Source: Chthoniobacteraceae bacterium (GTDB lineage: Bacteria > Verrucomicrobiota > Verrucomicrobiia > Chthoniobacterales > Chthoniobacteraceae). From it: 59,516 nt of DNA. The notes under the pieces are model-generated. The model searched no databases and was not told where the DNA came from. It worked only from the letters and a program-made list of their open reading frames with translations. Numbering within the stretch: position 1 is the first letter of the stretch; the number at the start of each line of letters is the position of its first letter. Shown here piece after piece: positions 1 to 8,813 of this stretch. The position numbers were made by a program, and so were the translations under genes. The stretch covers positions 1 through 59,516 of the forward strand of contig JANNWY010000317.1 of assembly GCA_031409335.1 (NCBI GenBank), read 5' to 3'.

Positions 1-66
1 TGCGACGACGATCATGATTTCAACGAGGGTGAAGCCCCCGCGGTTCTTGTTCAATTTCTGAAGCAT
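1..66 (-). CDS. Type IV pilin / prepilin-type N-terminal methylation domain protein (5' end only, runs off the window)
   Basis: Not in the ORF track. The reverse complement of 1-66 translates as MLQKLNKNRGG|FTLVEIMIVVA: basic leader, G|F cleavage site, E+5, then a hydrophobic helix. Confidence 0.9.
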   Translation of the reverse strand, partial: MLQKLNKNRGGFTLVEIMIVVA

Positions 67-144
67 AAACTATTGTGTATTTCGGTTTGTTATAGGTTTC
101 TGTTATTGCGCCTCAGGATCGAACCGAAGCACACTACCCGAATA

Positions 145-160
145 AGCAGTCGCGATGCCA
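145..160 (-). promoter_or_regulatory. sigma54-type (-24/-12) promoter motif upstream of the pilin
   Basis: Minus strand TGGCATCGCGACTGCT = TGGCA...TGC with exact GG-N10-GC spacing, about 80 nt upstream of the pilin ATG. Confidence 0.7.
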
Positions 161-222
161 TGTATGAACGAGACTGTTAAGAAACATCATAATAGTTCTC
201 TTGTCGAAGTGACAATCCTCTC

Positions 223-2109
223 ATGGAAAATCCACGCTCGTTAGCTCCCGACAATTGTTTGTCGGAAGGCGACTCAGCGCCGTTCTGGCGAACCTTCGCG
301 TTTGGGCTTTTAGCGGTCGCTCTCATCGTGCGGATGTTGATTCTGAGCCGATTCGCGGGCAGTCCTCACTTCCTCCCAGTGACCGACGACATGAAGTTTT
401 ACGCCGATTGGGCGGGTCGCATTTTGCAGGGAAAATGGAGCGACGGGCAAGCTTTCTACGGCCTGCCTGGATACGCTTATGTCCTCGCGGGGCTTTTTGC
501 CGTGGGTGGTGTCAACCCGGTGCTGGTCGGTATTGTTCAAGTGACATTGGAGGCGTTCACCACAGTCCTCATTTTCAAAATCGCGAAAGAAATCCTCGCG
601 GATATGCGAATTTGCGAATCCCCGAGTATCCCAAACGCAGTTGCGGTGATTGCCTCGCTCGGCTGGGTATTTTATCTCCCAGCCCAGACCTTCTCCACCA
701 TCCTGATGCCTAGCGCATGGCTGCTGGCTGCGTTTTGGGGGTGCGTCTGGTGGCTGGTGAAAGGGGAAGCCCGTCCTACGATGGGACGCTGGCTGGGATT
801 TGGAGTGTTCCTCGGCCTCGTCGCGACGATGGTCGCAACGATCCTTTTTCTCATTCCGCTGTTTGTCGCGCGAATCATCGGGTGGAGTCGATCGGTCGCA
901 AGATTGCCGATGCGAATCGGAACGGTCGCGCTGGCCGTGGCTTTGCTTTTCTGCGGGGTGCTGGCGGGGACCTCGCCGGCATGGCTGCACAATTACTTCG
1001 TCGCGCACGACCCTGTTCTACTTTCTGCGCACGGTGGCCTCAATTTCTGGATGGGTAACAACCCCGACGCCACTGGCTACCCCAAGATTCCCTCGGGACT
1101 CAGCGCCGGTCAGGAAGGACTTTTGCGCGACTCGATCTCGCGGGCGGAGGAAGCGGCTGGGCGCAAGCTCAAGCGTTCGGAGGTGTCGAAGTTCTGGTCT
1201 GAAAAGGCGAATCGCTGGGTGCGCGAGAATCGCGGCGCGTGGCTGAAACTGCTTTGGGTAAAGGTGCGCAATTTTTGGAACGCGTTCCAATACGACGACC
1301 TCAGCGAGATCAATCTGCTGCGCGATGAAGGAGTGCTCACGCCAGGCATCAGTTTCGGCGTCGTCGCCGCGATGGGACTGCCGGGAATGCTGATCGCGGC
1401 CTGGCGCGTTCCTCGCGCGCGTTGGGTCGTCGCAGCCATCCTTTTGCACATGTGCGCGCTGCTGCCGGTCTTCATTACCGAGCGCTACCGACTGTGCGCC
1501 GTTCCGGGCTTGATGATCTTCGCGGCATTCGCGGTCGTGGAGATATGGAACACGATCGTTCAAACGCGATGGCTGACGGTGGTTGGATTGCTCACGGCGA
1601 TCGGCGCATCCGCGTATTTCGTATCACTGCCCCAGCGCGATCACGGCATGTGGGCGCTCGGCCCTTTCAATACTGGACTGAAACTGCTGCGCGCTGGCGA
1701 AACCGATCGCGCACTGAGGAATCTTGAGCTTGCCCATCGGTTCGCGCCGGATAGCGCAGAGGTATGTTTTGGACTGGCGAATGCCTTGTTTGAAAAGTCG
1801 GAGTTTGACCGGGCGCGGGACAAGTATCGCCGGGCCATTGAATTGTCGCCACGCCACATTGGCGCGCTTTTGAACCTTGGAACATTGGAGACGAAAGCGC
1901 GCAACTGGGATGCCGCCAACCAGTGTCTGGATTTGGCAGTCTCGCTCGATCCCAATTCAGTGAAGGCCCACTTTTTCCGCGCTGAACTCAAGTATCAACA
2001 AGGCGAATACGCCGCGGCGGGCACTTCGCTGGCTCGGGCATTGGAACTCCGCCCGGATCAACCCGAACTCATCGAACTTCAGGAGAAGCTGAAGGCCGCT
2101 GTTCCGTGA
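223..2109 (+). CDS. GT-C fold (ArnT/PMT-like) multi-TM glycosyltransferase with C-terminal TPR repeats
   Basis: Many hydrophobic segments, acidic DD motif after TM1 (PVTDDMKFY), GLNFWMGNNP loop, RYR motif, and several TPR-like repeats in the last ~150 aa. Confidence 0.8.
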   Translation: MENPRSLAPDNCLSEGDSAPFWRTFAFGLLAVALIVRMLILSRFAGSPHFLPVTDDMKFYADWAGRILQGKWSDGQAFYGLPGYAYVLAGLFAVGGVNPVLVGIVQVTLEAFTTVLIFKIAKEILADMRICESPSIPNAVAVIASLGWVFYLPAQTFSTILMPSAWLLAAFWGCVWWLVKGEARPTMGRWLGFGVFLGLVATMVATILFLIPLFVARIIGWSRSVARLPMRIGTVALAVALLFCGVLAGTSPAWLHNYFVAHDPVLLSAHGGLNFWMGNNPDATGYPKIPSGLSAGQEGLLRDSISRAEEAAGRKLKRSEVSKFWSEKANRWVRENRGAWLKLLWVKVRNFWNAFQYDDLSEINLLRDEGVLTPGISFGVVAAMGLPGMLIAAWRVPRARWVVAAILLHMCALLPVFITERYRLCAVPGLMIFAAFAVVEIWNTIVQTRWLTVVGLLTAIGASAYFVSLPQRDHGMWALGPFNTGLKLLRAGETDRALRNLELAHRFAPDSAEVCFGLANALFEKSEFDRARDKYRRAIELSPRHIGALLNLGTLETKARNWDAANQCLDLAVSLDPNSVKAHFFRAELKYQQGEYAAAGTSLARALELRPDQPELIELQEKLKAAVP

Positions 2110-3688
2110 TCGCGTCGCTGGCGACCGGGATAGGCTGATTGCGACGGAGCGCGATCATATCGGGCGGTAGCGATGCGATCTTTACTGGCGCGAAATTCTT
2201 CCGAAAGAAGTCGAACACGATGGGATGGGTATTCCGAAATCGGAGATCGTCGCGACCGTCGAGCGGGTAGTCATGGAGCATCACCCATTGCACATTCGCC
2301 GCCTCGATCTCGGCCAGGAGCGCGCGGTCTTCCTCGGGAGTGGCGGGAAAGATGAAGTAGATTTGGTTCGTCGGAGAAAGGCGACCCGTGAGCGGATACA
2401 GGCCAGGCATGTGCGGCAGGAAAAGGACGGGCTCATCCGGGCTGGCGAGTTCGTTTGCGAGGATCTGGGCGCTTTTCATGACGTGCGCGTGGTAGATCGG
2501 CGCGACCATTTGCTGGCCTCCCACATCGACCCGGACTAGGGAACGCGGCGCTGCGGTGGATTCGAGAGTGATGCCGTATTGAAACAAATTCGCCACCAGA
2601 CACGCGGGAGCGAGTGCCGCCGCGGCTCCCATCCCGATCATCCGGCCCGTGCCCGCCAGCGTGAAGGGGATCGCGATCAGCGCGAGCGCCAGCGTGGGTG
2701 CGCCGTGTGAAAGGTGGACGATGTCCGGCCTTGAAAAGACGTAATGAACGTAGGGCAGCGTCACGCAGACGGCGGCGACGAGGACGGGATGTTTCAGCAA
2801 CCCTGCGCGCCGCAACCGCCAGGCGACGATCGCCGCCAGCACGAACAGCACCGGGAAAGCAGCGTAAAAGCAGCCCTCCGCGATCGCCGAATAACGATAC
2901 CAACTGGTGTAGTGATCCGGCACCAGCCACGGCCAGGGAACTCGTGTTGGGAGGTTCGTTCCCTGCGCAATGATCTGGCCAATCGTCGCCACGGAATGCC
3001 GGAAGTAACCCGGAACGAAGATCAACATCAGCCATTGCGGAAGGTAGCCGATCAATGTCCCGCCGACCCAGATCGCACTGCGCCGCGACCATTCGCGCCA
3101 GCCTTCACCCCATGCCGCCAGCGCGATGATCATCGCAAATGCCACGACGTGATATGCACCGTGATTTTTCCCCATAAACGCCGCCAACCCACCCAGCACA
3201 CCGACCCAAAAGTGTCGGCGATACGACGGCTTTTCCAGCAACAGCACCGCCGCATAGACGAACATCAGCGCGATACTTTGCTCGAAAACCTTGTACCGCG
3301 GATGCATCCACGCGCACAGTGCGAGCGCGATGCACGATAGGAAAAATGGATTCCGGGAAAGCCGCCAGGCCGCGAGTAGTCCGGCCAGCACTCCGAAACA
3401 TTGGAAGAAAACACACGCCAGCCGCATCGACACCAGCCCATCGCCGAGCACCCAGCTCCACCCGTAAGTCCAAAGGTATCGACCGGGATCGTATCCATGA
3501 AAATCGCGCATCGGCATATGGCCGTGGCTCATCGCGCGTACGCCGTACCAGATGTAACCTTCATCCGCGAGGTTCACCTTCACGTTGCCATCCAGAAGGA
3601 ACCATCCCACCGAAAGCGCCACTGCCAGGGTCGCGAGCCAGATTGCGTGGAAGTTCGCGCGCAGGCTTTGTCGGATTTGAGACATCAT
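2069..3688 (-). CDS. Multi-TM membrane protein, probable GT-C glycosyltransferase
   Basis: TM1 is followed by NLADEGY and P-x-RDF..YDPG, typical of a GT-C first loop, then many TM helices. Start moved to MMSQIR at 3688, just downstream of a promoter motif. Confidence 0.65.
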   Translation of the reverse strand: MMSQIRQSLRANFHAIWLATLAVALSVGWFLLDGNVKVNLADEGYIWYGVRAMSHGHMPMRDFHGYDPGRYLWTYGWSWVLGDGLVSMRLACVFFQCFGVLAGLLAAWRLSRNPFFLSCIALALCAWMHPRYKVFEQSIALMFVYAAVLLLEKPSYRRHFWVGVLGGLAAFMGKNHGAYHVVAFAMIIALAAWGEGWREWSRRSAIWVGGTLIGYLPQWLMLIFVPGYFRHSVATIGQIIAQGTNLPTRVPWPWLVPDHYTSWYRYSAIAEGCFYAAFPVLFVLAAIVAWRLRRAGLLKHPVLVAAVCVTLPYVHYVFSRPDIVHLSHGAPTLALALIAIPFTLAGTGRMIGMGAAAALAPACLVANLFQYGITLESTAAPRSLVRVDVGGQQMVAPIYHAHVMKSAQILANELASPDEPVLFLPHMPGLYPLTGRLSPTNQIYFIFPATPEEDRALLAEIEAANVQWVMLHDYPLDGRDDLRFRNTHPIVFDFFRKNFAPVKIASLPPDMIALRRNQPIPVASDAITEQRPSASPEVR

Positions 3689-3705
3689 GGAATCGTGACA
3701 CGGCC

Positions 3706-3721
3706 AGCACTCGCGATGCCA
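3706..3721 (-). promoter_or_regulatory. sigma54-type promoter motif
   Basis: Minus strand TGGCATCGCGAGTGCT, GG-N10-GC, 15/16 identical to the pilin promoter motif, 17 nt upstream of ATG 3688. Confidence 0.65.
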
Positions 3722-3803
3722 TTCGCTTTTCGCGAATCTCGCGGGGCGGAATCGCGCCCGCGAATCGCAGCGATGCGATGCAAATCCCGGACCAAGCCCC
3801 GGC

Positions 3804-3819
3804 AGGCACGATTCGTGCA
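3804..3819 (+). promoter_or_regulatory. sigma54-type promoter motif upstream of the GT2 operon
   Basis: AGGCACGATTCGTGCA, GG-N10-GC; the core GCACGATTCGTGC is also palindromic. Confidence 0.5.
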
Positions 3820-3964
3820 ACAATCCCGTCTCCAACCACCGACTAATATGAATCTGCCATGGCTAGTCCGCACTGGACTCACGCTTTGCCCGACGCTGGC
3901 CTGCGCGAAAGCGTGCAATTGACCGGCCACTCCCTATTCCCCAATGTTCTCACCCGACGAAATC

Positions 3965-4987
3965 ATGCCCACTTTTCCCTTCACGTTGAGTATCGTGATT
4001 CCCGTGTACAATTCGGAAGGCACCCTGTCCGAGCTGCTCCATCAGATCGACGCCGAGGTCCGCGACATCGTGGTCAACTACGAGATCATCGCCGTCGATG
4101 ATGGGAGCAGGGACGGAAGCTGGGCGAAGCTGGAGACGCTGAAGGCGGAATTTCCCCAATTGCGGCCCGTGCGGCTTGCGCGGAATTTTGGCCAGCACAA
4201 TGCACTTCTCTGCGGCGTGCGCGAGGCGGCTGGCGAAGTGGTGGTGACGATGGACGACGATTTGCAGCACCCGCCGGAAGAGATCGCAAAGCTGCTCGCA
4301 AAACTGCACGAGGGTTTTGACGTGGTCTATGGCGCTCCGGCGGACGAACAGCAGGCTTCGTGGCGTCGTTTGCCGTCGCTGTTTCCAAAATACATCCAGG
4401 CAAAGGTGCTCGGCGTTCCAAATGCCAACGACATTTCCTCCTTCCGCGCGTTCTGGACTCACCTGCGCGTGGCCTTTGCGGGATACGATGGCGCGTCGCC
4501 CATTTTTGACGTGCTGCTCTCGTGGGGTGGCCGGCGCTTTGGCCGAGTGACCGTGGCGCATAACGCGCGCAAAGAAGGCCGCTCAAACTATGATGTCTGG
4601 AAGCTCTATCAGGCCGCATGGCTCATGATTACCGAGTTCACCCTTCTGCCATTGCGAATCGTGATGCTGCTCGGCGTGATGGGCTCGATCGCCGGGTTGA
4701 TCATCTTTGCCTACACTTTTGTAACGTATCTATTCGTGGGAAGTCTTCCCGGCTTTCCCTTCCTCGCATCGACGATTGCCTTGTTCAGCAGCGCTCAACT
4801 ACTCGCCCTTGGAACCCTGGGCGAATACCTTGCAAGGGTGCATCTGCGGTTGTCGGGCAAGCCATCTTACGTCAAGAAGGCGCAAGCTGAGAATGAACAA
4901 GGATCGCTAACCAGACAGACAATGACCGAGCGCCGCGCGGAAAGCGTAGCGGTTTCCAACGCCAGAAATGATTTCCACCATGAGTAG
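3965..4987 (+). CDS. Glycosyltransferase family 2, ArnC/GtrB-like polyprenol-phosphate sugar transferase
   Basis: SIVIPVYN, VDDGSRD, RNFGQHNALLCG, TMDDDLQHPPEEI, two C-terminal TM helices and GEYL motif. Confidence 0.9.
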   Translation: MPTFPFTLSIVIPVYNSEGTLSELLHQIDAEVRDIVVNYEIIAVDDGSRDGSWAKLETLKAEFPQLRPVRLARNFGQHNALLCGVREAAGEVVVTMDDDLQHPPEEIAKLLAKLHEGFDVVYGAPADEQQASWRRLPSLFPKYIQAKVLGVPNANDISSFRAFWTHLRVAFAGYDGASPIFDVLLSWGGRRFGRVTVAHNARKEGRSNYDVWKLYQAAWLMITEFTLLPLRIVMLLGVMGSIAGLIIFAYTFVTYLFVGSLPGFPFLASTIALFSSAQLLALGTLGEYLARVHLRLSGKPSYVKKAQAENEQGSLTRQTMTERRAESVAVSNARNDFHHE

Positions 4988-5855
4988 TCAAACGGCAGCG
5001 CCCACATACGAAGAAGTCGTCGATGCGAACGTGAAGGTATTCGGAACGCTGGCGTCCGAATACAACGAAACCGAGCCGCATTTCCGCCCTGAAAACCGGG
5101 CGCGTGTGGGAGCCGTGTTAAAGCAAGTGCTGTCGGACGCGGGATGCGTCGAAGGCAAGGCCAGGATGCTCGATGTCGGTTGCGGCACAGGCTTCATGAT
5201 CGATCTGGGGAAACCGATGTGCGCGGAGATTCACGGAGTGGATATTTCGCCCGCGATGCTTAGTCGCGTCGATCGCGGCGGACCGTGCCCGATCACACTT
5301 TCAAACGCCGAAACGGGCAGTATGAATGTGCCGGCGGATCACTTTGATGTGGCCACTGCGTATTCGTTTTTGCACCACCTCAAAGACCTCAAGCCCACGA
5401 TCGAAAGGACGTTCGTCGCGCTTCGCAAAGGTGGCCGCTTTTACGCCGATTTGGAGCCAAACGGGTATTTTCTGGAAGCGGTCTCCGCGCTGGATCGGGG
5501 CCGTTCCTACGATGCGGTCGTCGAGCGGGAAATCGAACAGGTTGGCGACAAGGACGCGGAAATCGCCGGTCGGATCAATGTTCCAACCGGGACCTTTCAG
5601 AGTGCCGAGTTTGGGAAATCATTGAAGGGTGGTTTCTTCGAGGAGGAACTCATCGGTCTGCTCACCTCGGTCGGCTTCCGCGAAGCGCGGATCGACTACA
5701 ATTGGTTCCTCGGTCAGGGCGTTCTCATCAATGACCCCGCGATCGACAAGACCCAGCGGCTGGCGATAGCCGCCGCGACCGATCGCGTATTGCAGCGCGG
5801 CTTGCCCGTCAGCCGCGTCCTTTACAAATACCTCGCCATCCACGCCGTGAAGTAG
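4968..5855 (+). CDS. Class I SAM-dependent methyltransferase
   Basis: MLDVGCGTG, GVDIS, FDVATAYSFLHH motifs. An alternative start lies at 4980. Confidence 0.85.
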   Translation: MISTMSSQTAAPTYEEVVDANVKVFGTLASEYNETEPHFRPENRARVGAVLKQVLSDAGCVEGKARMLDVGCGTGFMIDLGKPMCAEIHGVDISPAMLSRVDRGGPCPITLSNAETGSMNVPADHFDVATAYSFLHHLKDLKPTIERTFVALRKGGRFYADLEPNGYFLEAVSALDRGRSYDAVVEREIEQVGDKDAEIAGRINVPTGTFQSAEFGKSLKGGFFEEELIGLLTSVGFREARIDYNWFLGQGVLINDPAIDKTQRLAIAAATDRVLQRGLPVSRVLYKYLAIHAVK

Positions 5856-5862
5856 CGCCGAA

Positions 5863-6633
5863 TCACTCGGCCTTCTGGCGGTATTTCCGCTTGTCCGGCG
5901 TGGCATAATACTCGGCGTAGTCCGCTGGCACTTGCGCTAGGAATCCGAGCTTTTGCAGGACACATTCCGGCTGACTGGAGAGATCCATGTGAGCCATCGC
6001 GCGCGGGATGTCGATCCGCTGTTTCATCCACGGGCGGGCCATGTTGACAGTCAGTGCGTGGCGCCACGCCTCGGTCTTGTTTTGGCCGCCCGCGTGCCAG
6101 AGGCGCGCATTGAAAAATAGCACTGATCCGGCGGGCGCGATGAAGCGCTTTGCCTTCCCGTAGAACTCTTCATCGGCGGGAGCATCCGCGCGTTCCTGCG
6201 AACGCGGGAGCAGATAGGTCGCGCCGTTGTCCTCGGTGAAATCGTCCAGCGCGATCGTCGCGCCCATGTTGGTGATGAATCCGGGAATGATGCGTGGGCA
6301 ATCCACGTGGACACGGCCGGAGTAGTTCGTCTGCCGCGGGGGCATGGACGACGAAGTGTAGGCATAGACGGTGCAGCCTTCGCCGAGCACTGCGTTGAAG
6401 TGCGCGTTGAGTTTCTTGTTGTCGAAAAGCTCCAGCATCGTGCCGCCATACAACGAGCAGAGCAGGACCATTGCGAAATCGCTCTTGTTGTTAAAAGGCA
6501 GTTTGGTTTCGGCCTCGATCGCGGCCATGAGTTCCACCTTCGCGCGGGCGATGTAGTCTTTCGGCAGAACTTCCGGCACGATCGCGTAACCTTCGGTTTT
6601 GATGGCGTGGACGAATTGGGTGAGATCAAGCAT
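5863..6633 (-). CDS. Phytanoyl-CoA dioxygenase (PhyH) family Fe(II)/2OG oxygenase
   Basis: EGYAIV N-terminus, HVD (HxD), LDDFTEDNGAT, GSVLFF...WHAGG. Confidence 0.85.
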   Translation of the reverse strand: MLDLTQFVHAIKTEGYAIVPEVLPKDYIARAKVELMAAIEAETKLPFNNKSDFAMVLLCSLYGGTMLELFDNKKLNAHFNAVLGEGCTVYAYTSSSMPPRQTNYSGRVHVDCPRIIPGFITNMGATIALDDFTEDNGATYLLPRSQERADAPADEEFYGKAKRFIAPAGSVLFFNARLWHAGGQNKTEAWRHALTVNMARPWMKQRIDIPRAMAHMDLSSQPECVLQKLGFLAQVPADYAEYYATPDKRKYRQKAE

Positions 6634-6734
6634 AGGGATTGTTTCTTGGAATTGAGAAAATCGTGGGGTGAAAGCGGATGCGTGCAATGACGAACCCAAG
6701 GAGATAGAAACTTTCGTGCCGCGCACACCCTTCG

Positions 6735-6750
6735 CGGCATGTTCTCTGCG
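6735..6750 (+). promoter_or_regulatory. Possible sigma54-type promoter motif
   Basis: CGGCATGTTCTCTGCG, GG-N10-GC, about 20 nt upstream of ATG 6770. Confidence 0.4.
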
Positions 6751-6769
6751 TATCACTTTTCTGCAACTC

Positions 6770-7615
6770 ATGGAAGTCGCTCCCAATCGCCCAGTCTCCC
6801 TCGACCTGTGCGCCGTCAGCGCGCATCTCGCGCGCGGCGACGACGGGATTTGGCGTGCCGCCGCGCGGGAGCCCGTCTCCTATCTCGAAAGCGACAACGA
6901 GGCGTGCTTCGACTTCGAGGATCAATCCTTCTGGTTCGCGCATCGCGGAGATTGCCTGCGCTCGATCGTGCGACAGTTCCCGCCGTCCGGCGCGATTTAC
7001 GATATTGGCGGCGGCAACGGTTTCGTGACGCGGGCGTTTCTCGACGCGGGATTCGAGGCGGTGCTCGTGGAGCCCGGTGAGTCTGGCGCGAAAAACGGCA
7101 GCGCGCGCGGCATCCCGACGGTCGTGTGCGCGACGCTCGCCACCGCGCAATTTCGCAGCGGCACCCTCCCCGCGGCGGGTATCTTCGACGTGCTCGAGCA
7201 CATCGACGACGACGGCGGTTTTCTCCGCGAGCTGCACCGCTGTCTCGCGCCGGGAGGTCGCCTTTACATCACCGTGCCCGCGTATTCGTGGCTTTGGTCG
7301 GACGATGATGTGAAAGCCGGGCACTTTCGCCGGCACACCCTTTCCAGCATGAGCGGGCGGCTCGTGGCAAATGGGTTCAAGGTTCTTTACTCGTCGTATT
7401 TCTTCTCGCTGCTGCCGCTGCCGATTTTCATCTGGCGGTCGGTGCGGAGTTTCTTTGGTCGGCGCACGCTGCCGACACAAAGCTACGCAGGCCAGCACCA
7501 GCCGCGGGCGCGCGGCTTCACCGATCGCGTCTGGGCCGCGGAACTACGCCGCATTTCACGCGGTGAGACGATTGCGTTTGGAAGCAGTTGTTTGCTCGTC
7601 GCCGAAAAATCATGA
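6770..7615 (+). CDS. Class I SAM-dependent methyltransferase
   Basis: SFWFAHR, YDIGGGNG, FDVLEHIDDD, ITVPAY..LWS.DD..AGHFRRH; a type often found in glycan loci. Confidence 0.85.
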   Translation: MEVAPNRPVSLDLCAVSAHLARGDDGIWRAAAREPVSYLESDNEACFDFEDQSFWFAHRGDCLRSIVRQFPPSGAIYDIGGGNGFVTRAFLDAGFEAVLVEPGESGAKNGSARGIPTVVCATLATAQFRSGTLPAAGIFDVLEHIDDDGGFLRELHRCLAPGGRLYITVPAYSWLWSDDDVKAGHFRRHTLSSMSGRLVANGFKVLYSSYFFSLLPLPIFIWRSVRSFFGRRTLPTQSYAGQHQPRARGFTDRVWAAELRRISRGETIAFGSSCLLVAEKS

Positions 7616-8121
7616 GCACTTCTCCCGCGAAAATGGAACTGCTCCCGGTCGCCGAAGCGCACGCGGAAAACATGCTGCGCTGGATGCTCGATCCCGAAGT
7701 CGCGGAGAACGTGGGCCTGCGTTCCACGCCGACGCTCGCGAGGACGCAGGAATGGATCGCGCGAAAGGACACCGACGCCTCCGCGATCCTGCTTGATGGT
7801 CGTCATGTGGGAAACGTGGTGCTCGACCAATTCGACACGCACCTTCAAACCGCGCGCATCTCCATCTACATCGGCGAGCCATCGGCCCGCGGCCTGGGCA
7901 TTGCCTCCGCAGCTTTGCGTCTCGCGCTGGGACGAGCATTCGCGCAACACAACCTCCACCGCATCTGGCTTACCGTGCATGAACGAAATACTCGCGCAAT
8001 CGCGCTCTACTCCAAATTGGGGTTCATCAAAGAGGGCGTGTTGCGCGGCGATTTTCTGCTGCGCGGCGAGCGGGTGGATGCGGTTTTGATGGGTCTGCTT
8101 GCAAGGGAACTCAACCCATGA
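7612..8121 (+). CDS. GNAT (RimJ/RimL-type) N-acetyltransferase
   Basis: ARGLGIA, LHRIWLTVHERNTRAIALYSKLGFIKEG; ATGA overlap with the upstream stop. Confidence 0.85.
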   Translation: MSTSPAKMELLPVAEAHAENMLRWMLDPEVAENVGLRSTPTLARTQEWIARKDTDASAILLDGRHVGNVVLDQFDTHLQTARISIYIGEPSARGLGIASAALRLALGRAFAQHNLHRIWLTVHERNTRAIALYSKLGFIKEGVLRGDFLLRGERVDAVLMGLLARELNP

Positions 8122-8813
8122 AGGCAGTCATCCTACAGCCGAGTTACATCCCGTGGCGCGGTTACTTTCATCAGGTGCAAAAGGCGGACGTATTTGTCTT
8201 CTACGATTGCGTGCAGTACGACGCTGATGGCTGGCGGAATCGCAACCAGATCAAGTCCGCAAACGGCCCGGTGTGGCTCACGATTCCGGTTCACGCGAAA
8301 GGTCACACGAGCCACGGGACGGCGATCAAAGACGTGCCGATCGATTCCGCGAAACCGTGGCGGGCAAAGCATTGGCGGACGCTGGAGCAGAGTTATGCCA
8401 AGGCTCCGCATTTCAAGCGCTACGCGGATTTGCTCCGCGGATTCTACGATCGCACGGACCGATTGCTCGCGGATTTCACCTGCGATCTCACGATCGCGCT
8501 CGCGCGCGAGCTCGGGATCGCGCACACGCGATTTGTCCGCTCGTCCACGCTGCCCGCAACCGGGGCGAAGACGGACCGCCTGGTGCAATTGCTGACGCAC
8601 CTCGGCGCGACTCACTATATCTCGGGGCCTTCCGCGCGCGGTTACATGGAGGAAAACAAACTGGCCGCGGCGGGCATCGCGCTGGAATACATGCAATATA
8701 ACTATCCTGACTACCCGCAGCTTCACGGACCTTTCCATCCGCAAGTGAGCGTCCTCGACTTACTCTTTAACGCCGGGCCGGATGCGCCGCGTTACATCTG
8801 GGAAAAGCCATGA
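8118..8813 (+). CDS. WbqC family protein
   Basis: ILQPSYIPWRGYF, WRNRNQIK, YISGPSAR.Y, YPQLHG.F..QVSVLDLLFN. Confidence 0.9.
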   Translation: MKAVILQPSYIPWRGYFHQVQKADVFVFYDCVQYDADGWRNRNQIKSANGPVWLTIPVHAKGHTSHGTAIKDVPIDSAKPWRAKHWRTLEQSYAKAPHFKRYADLLRGFYDRTDRLLADFTCDLTIALARELGIAHTRFVRSSTLPATGAKTDRLVQLLTHLGATHYISGPSARGYMEENKLAAAGIALEYMQYNYPDYPQLHGPFHPQVSVLDLLFNAGPDAPRYIWEKP

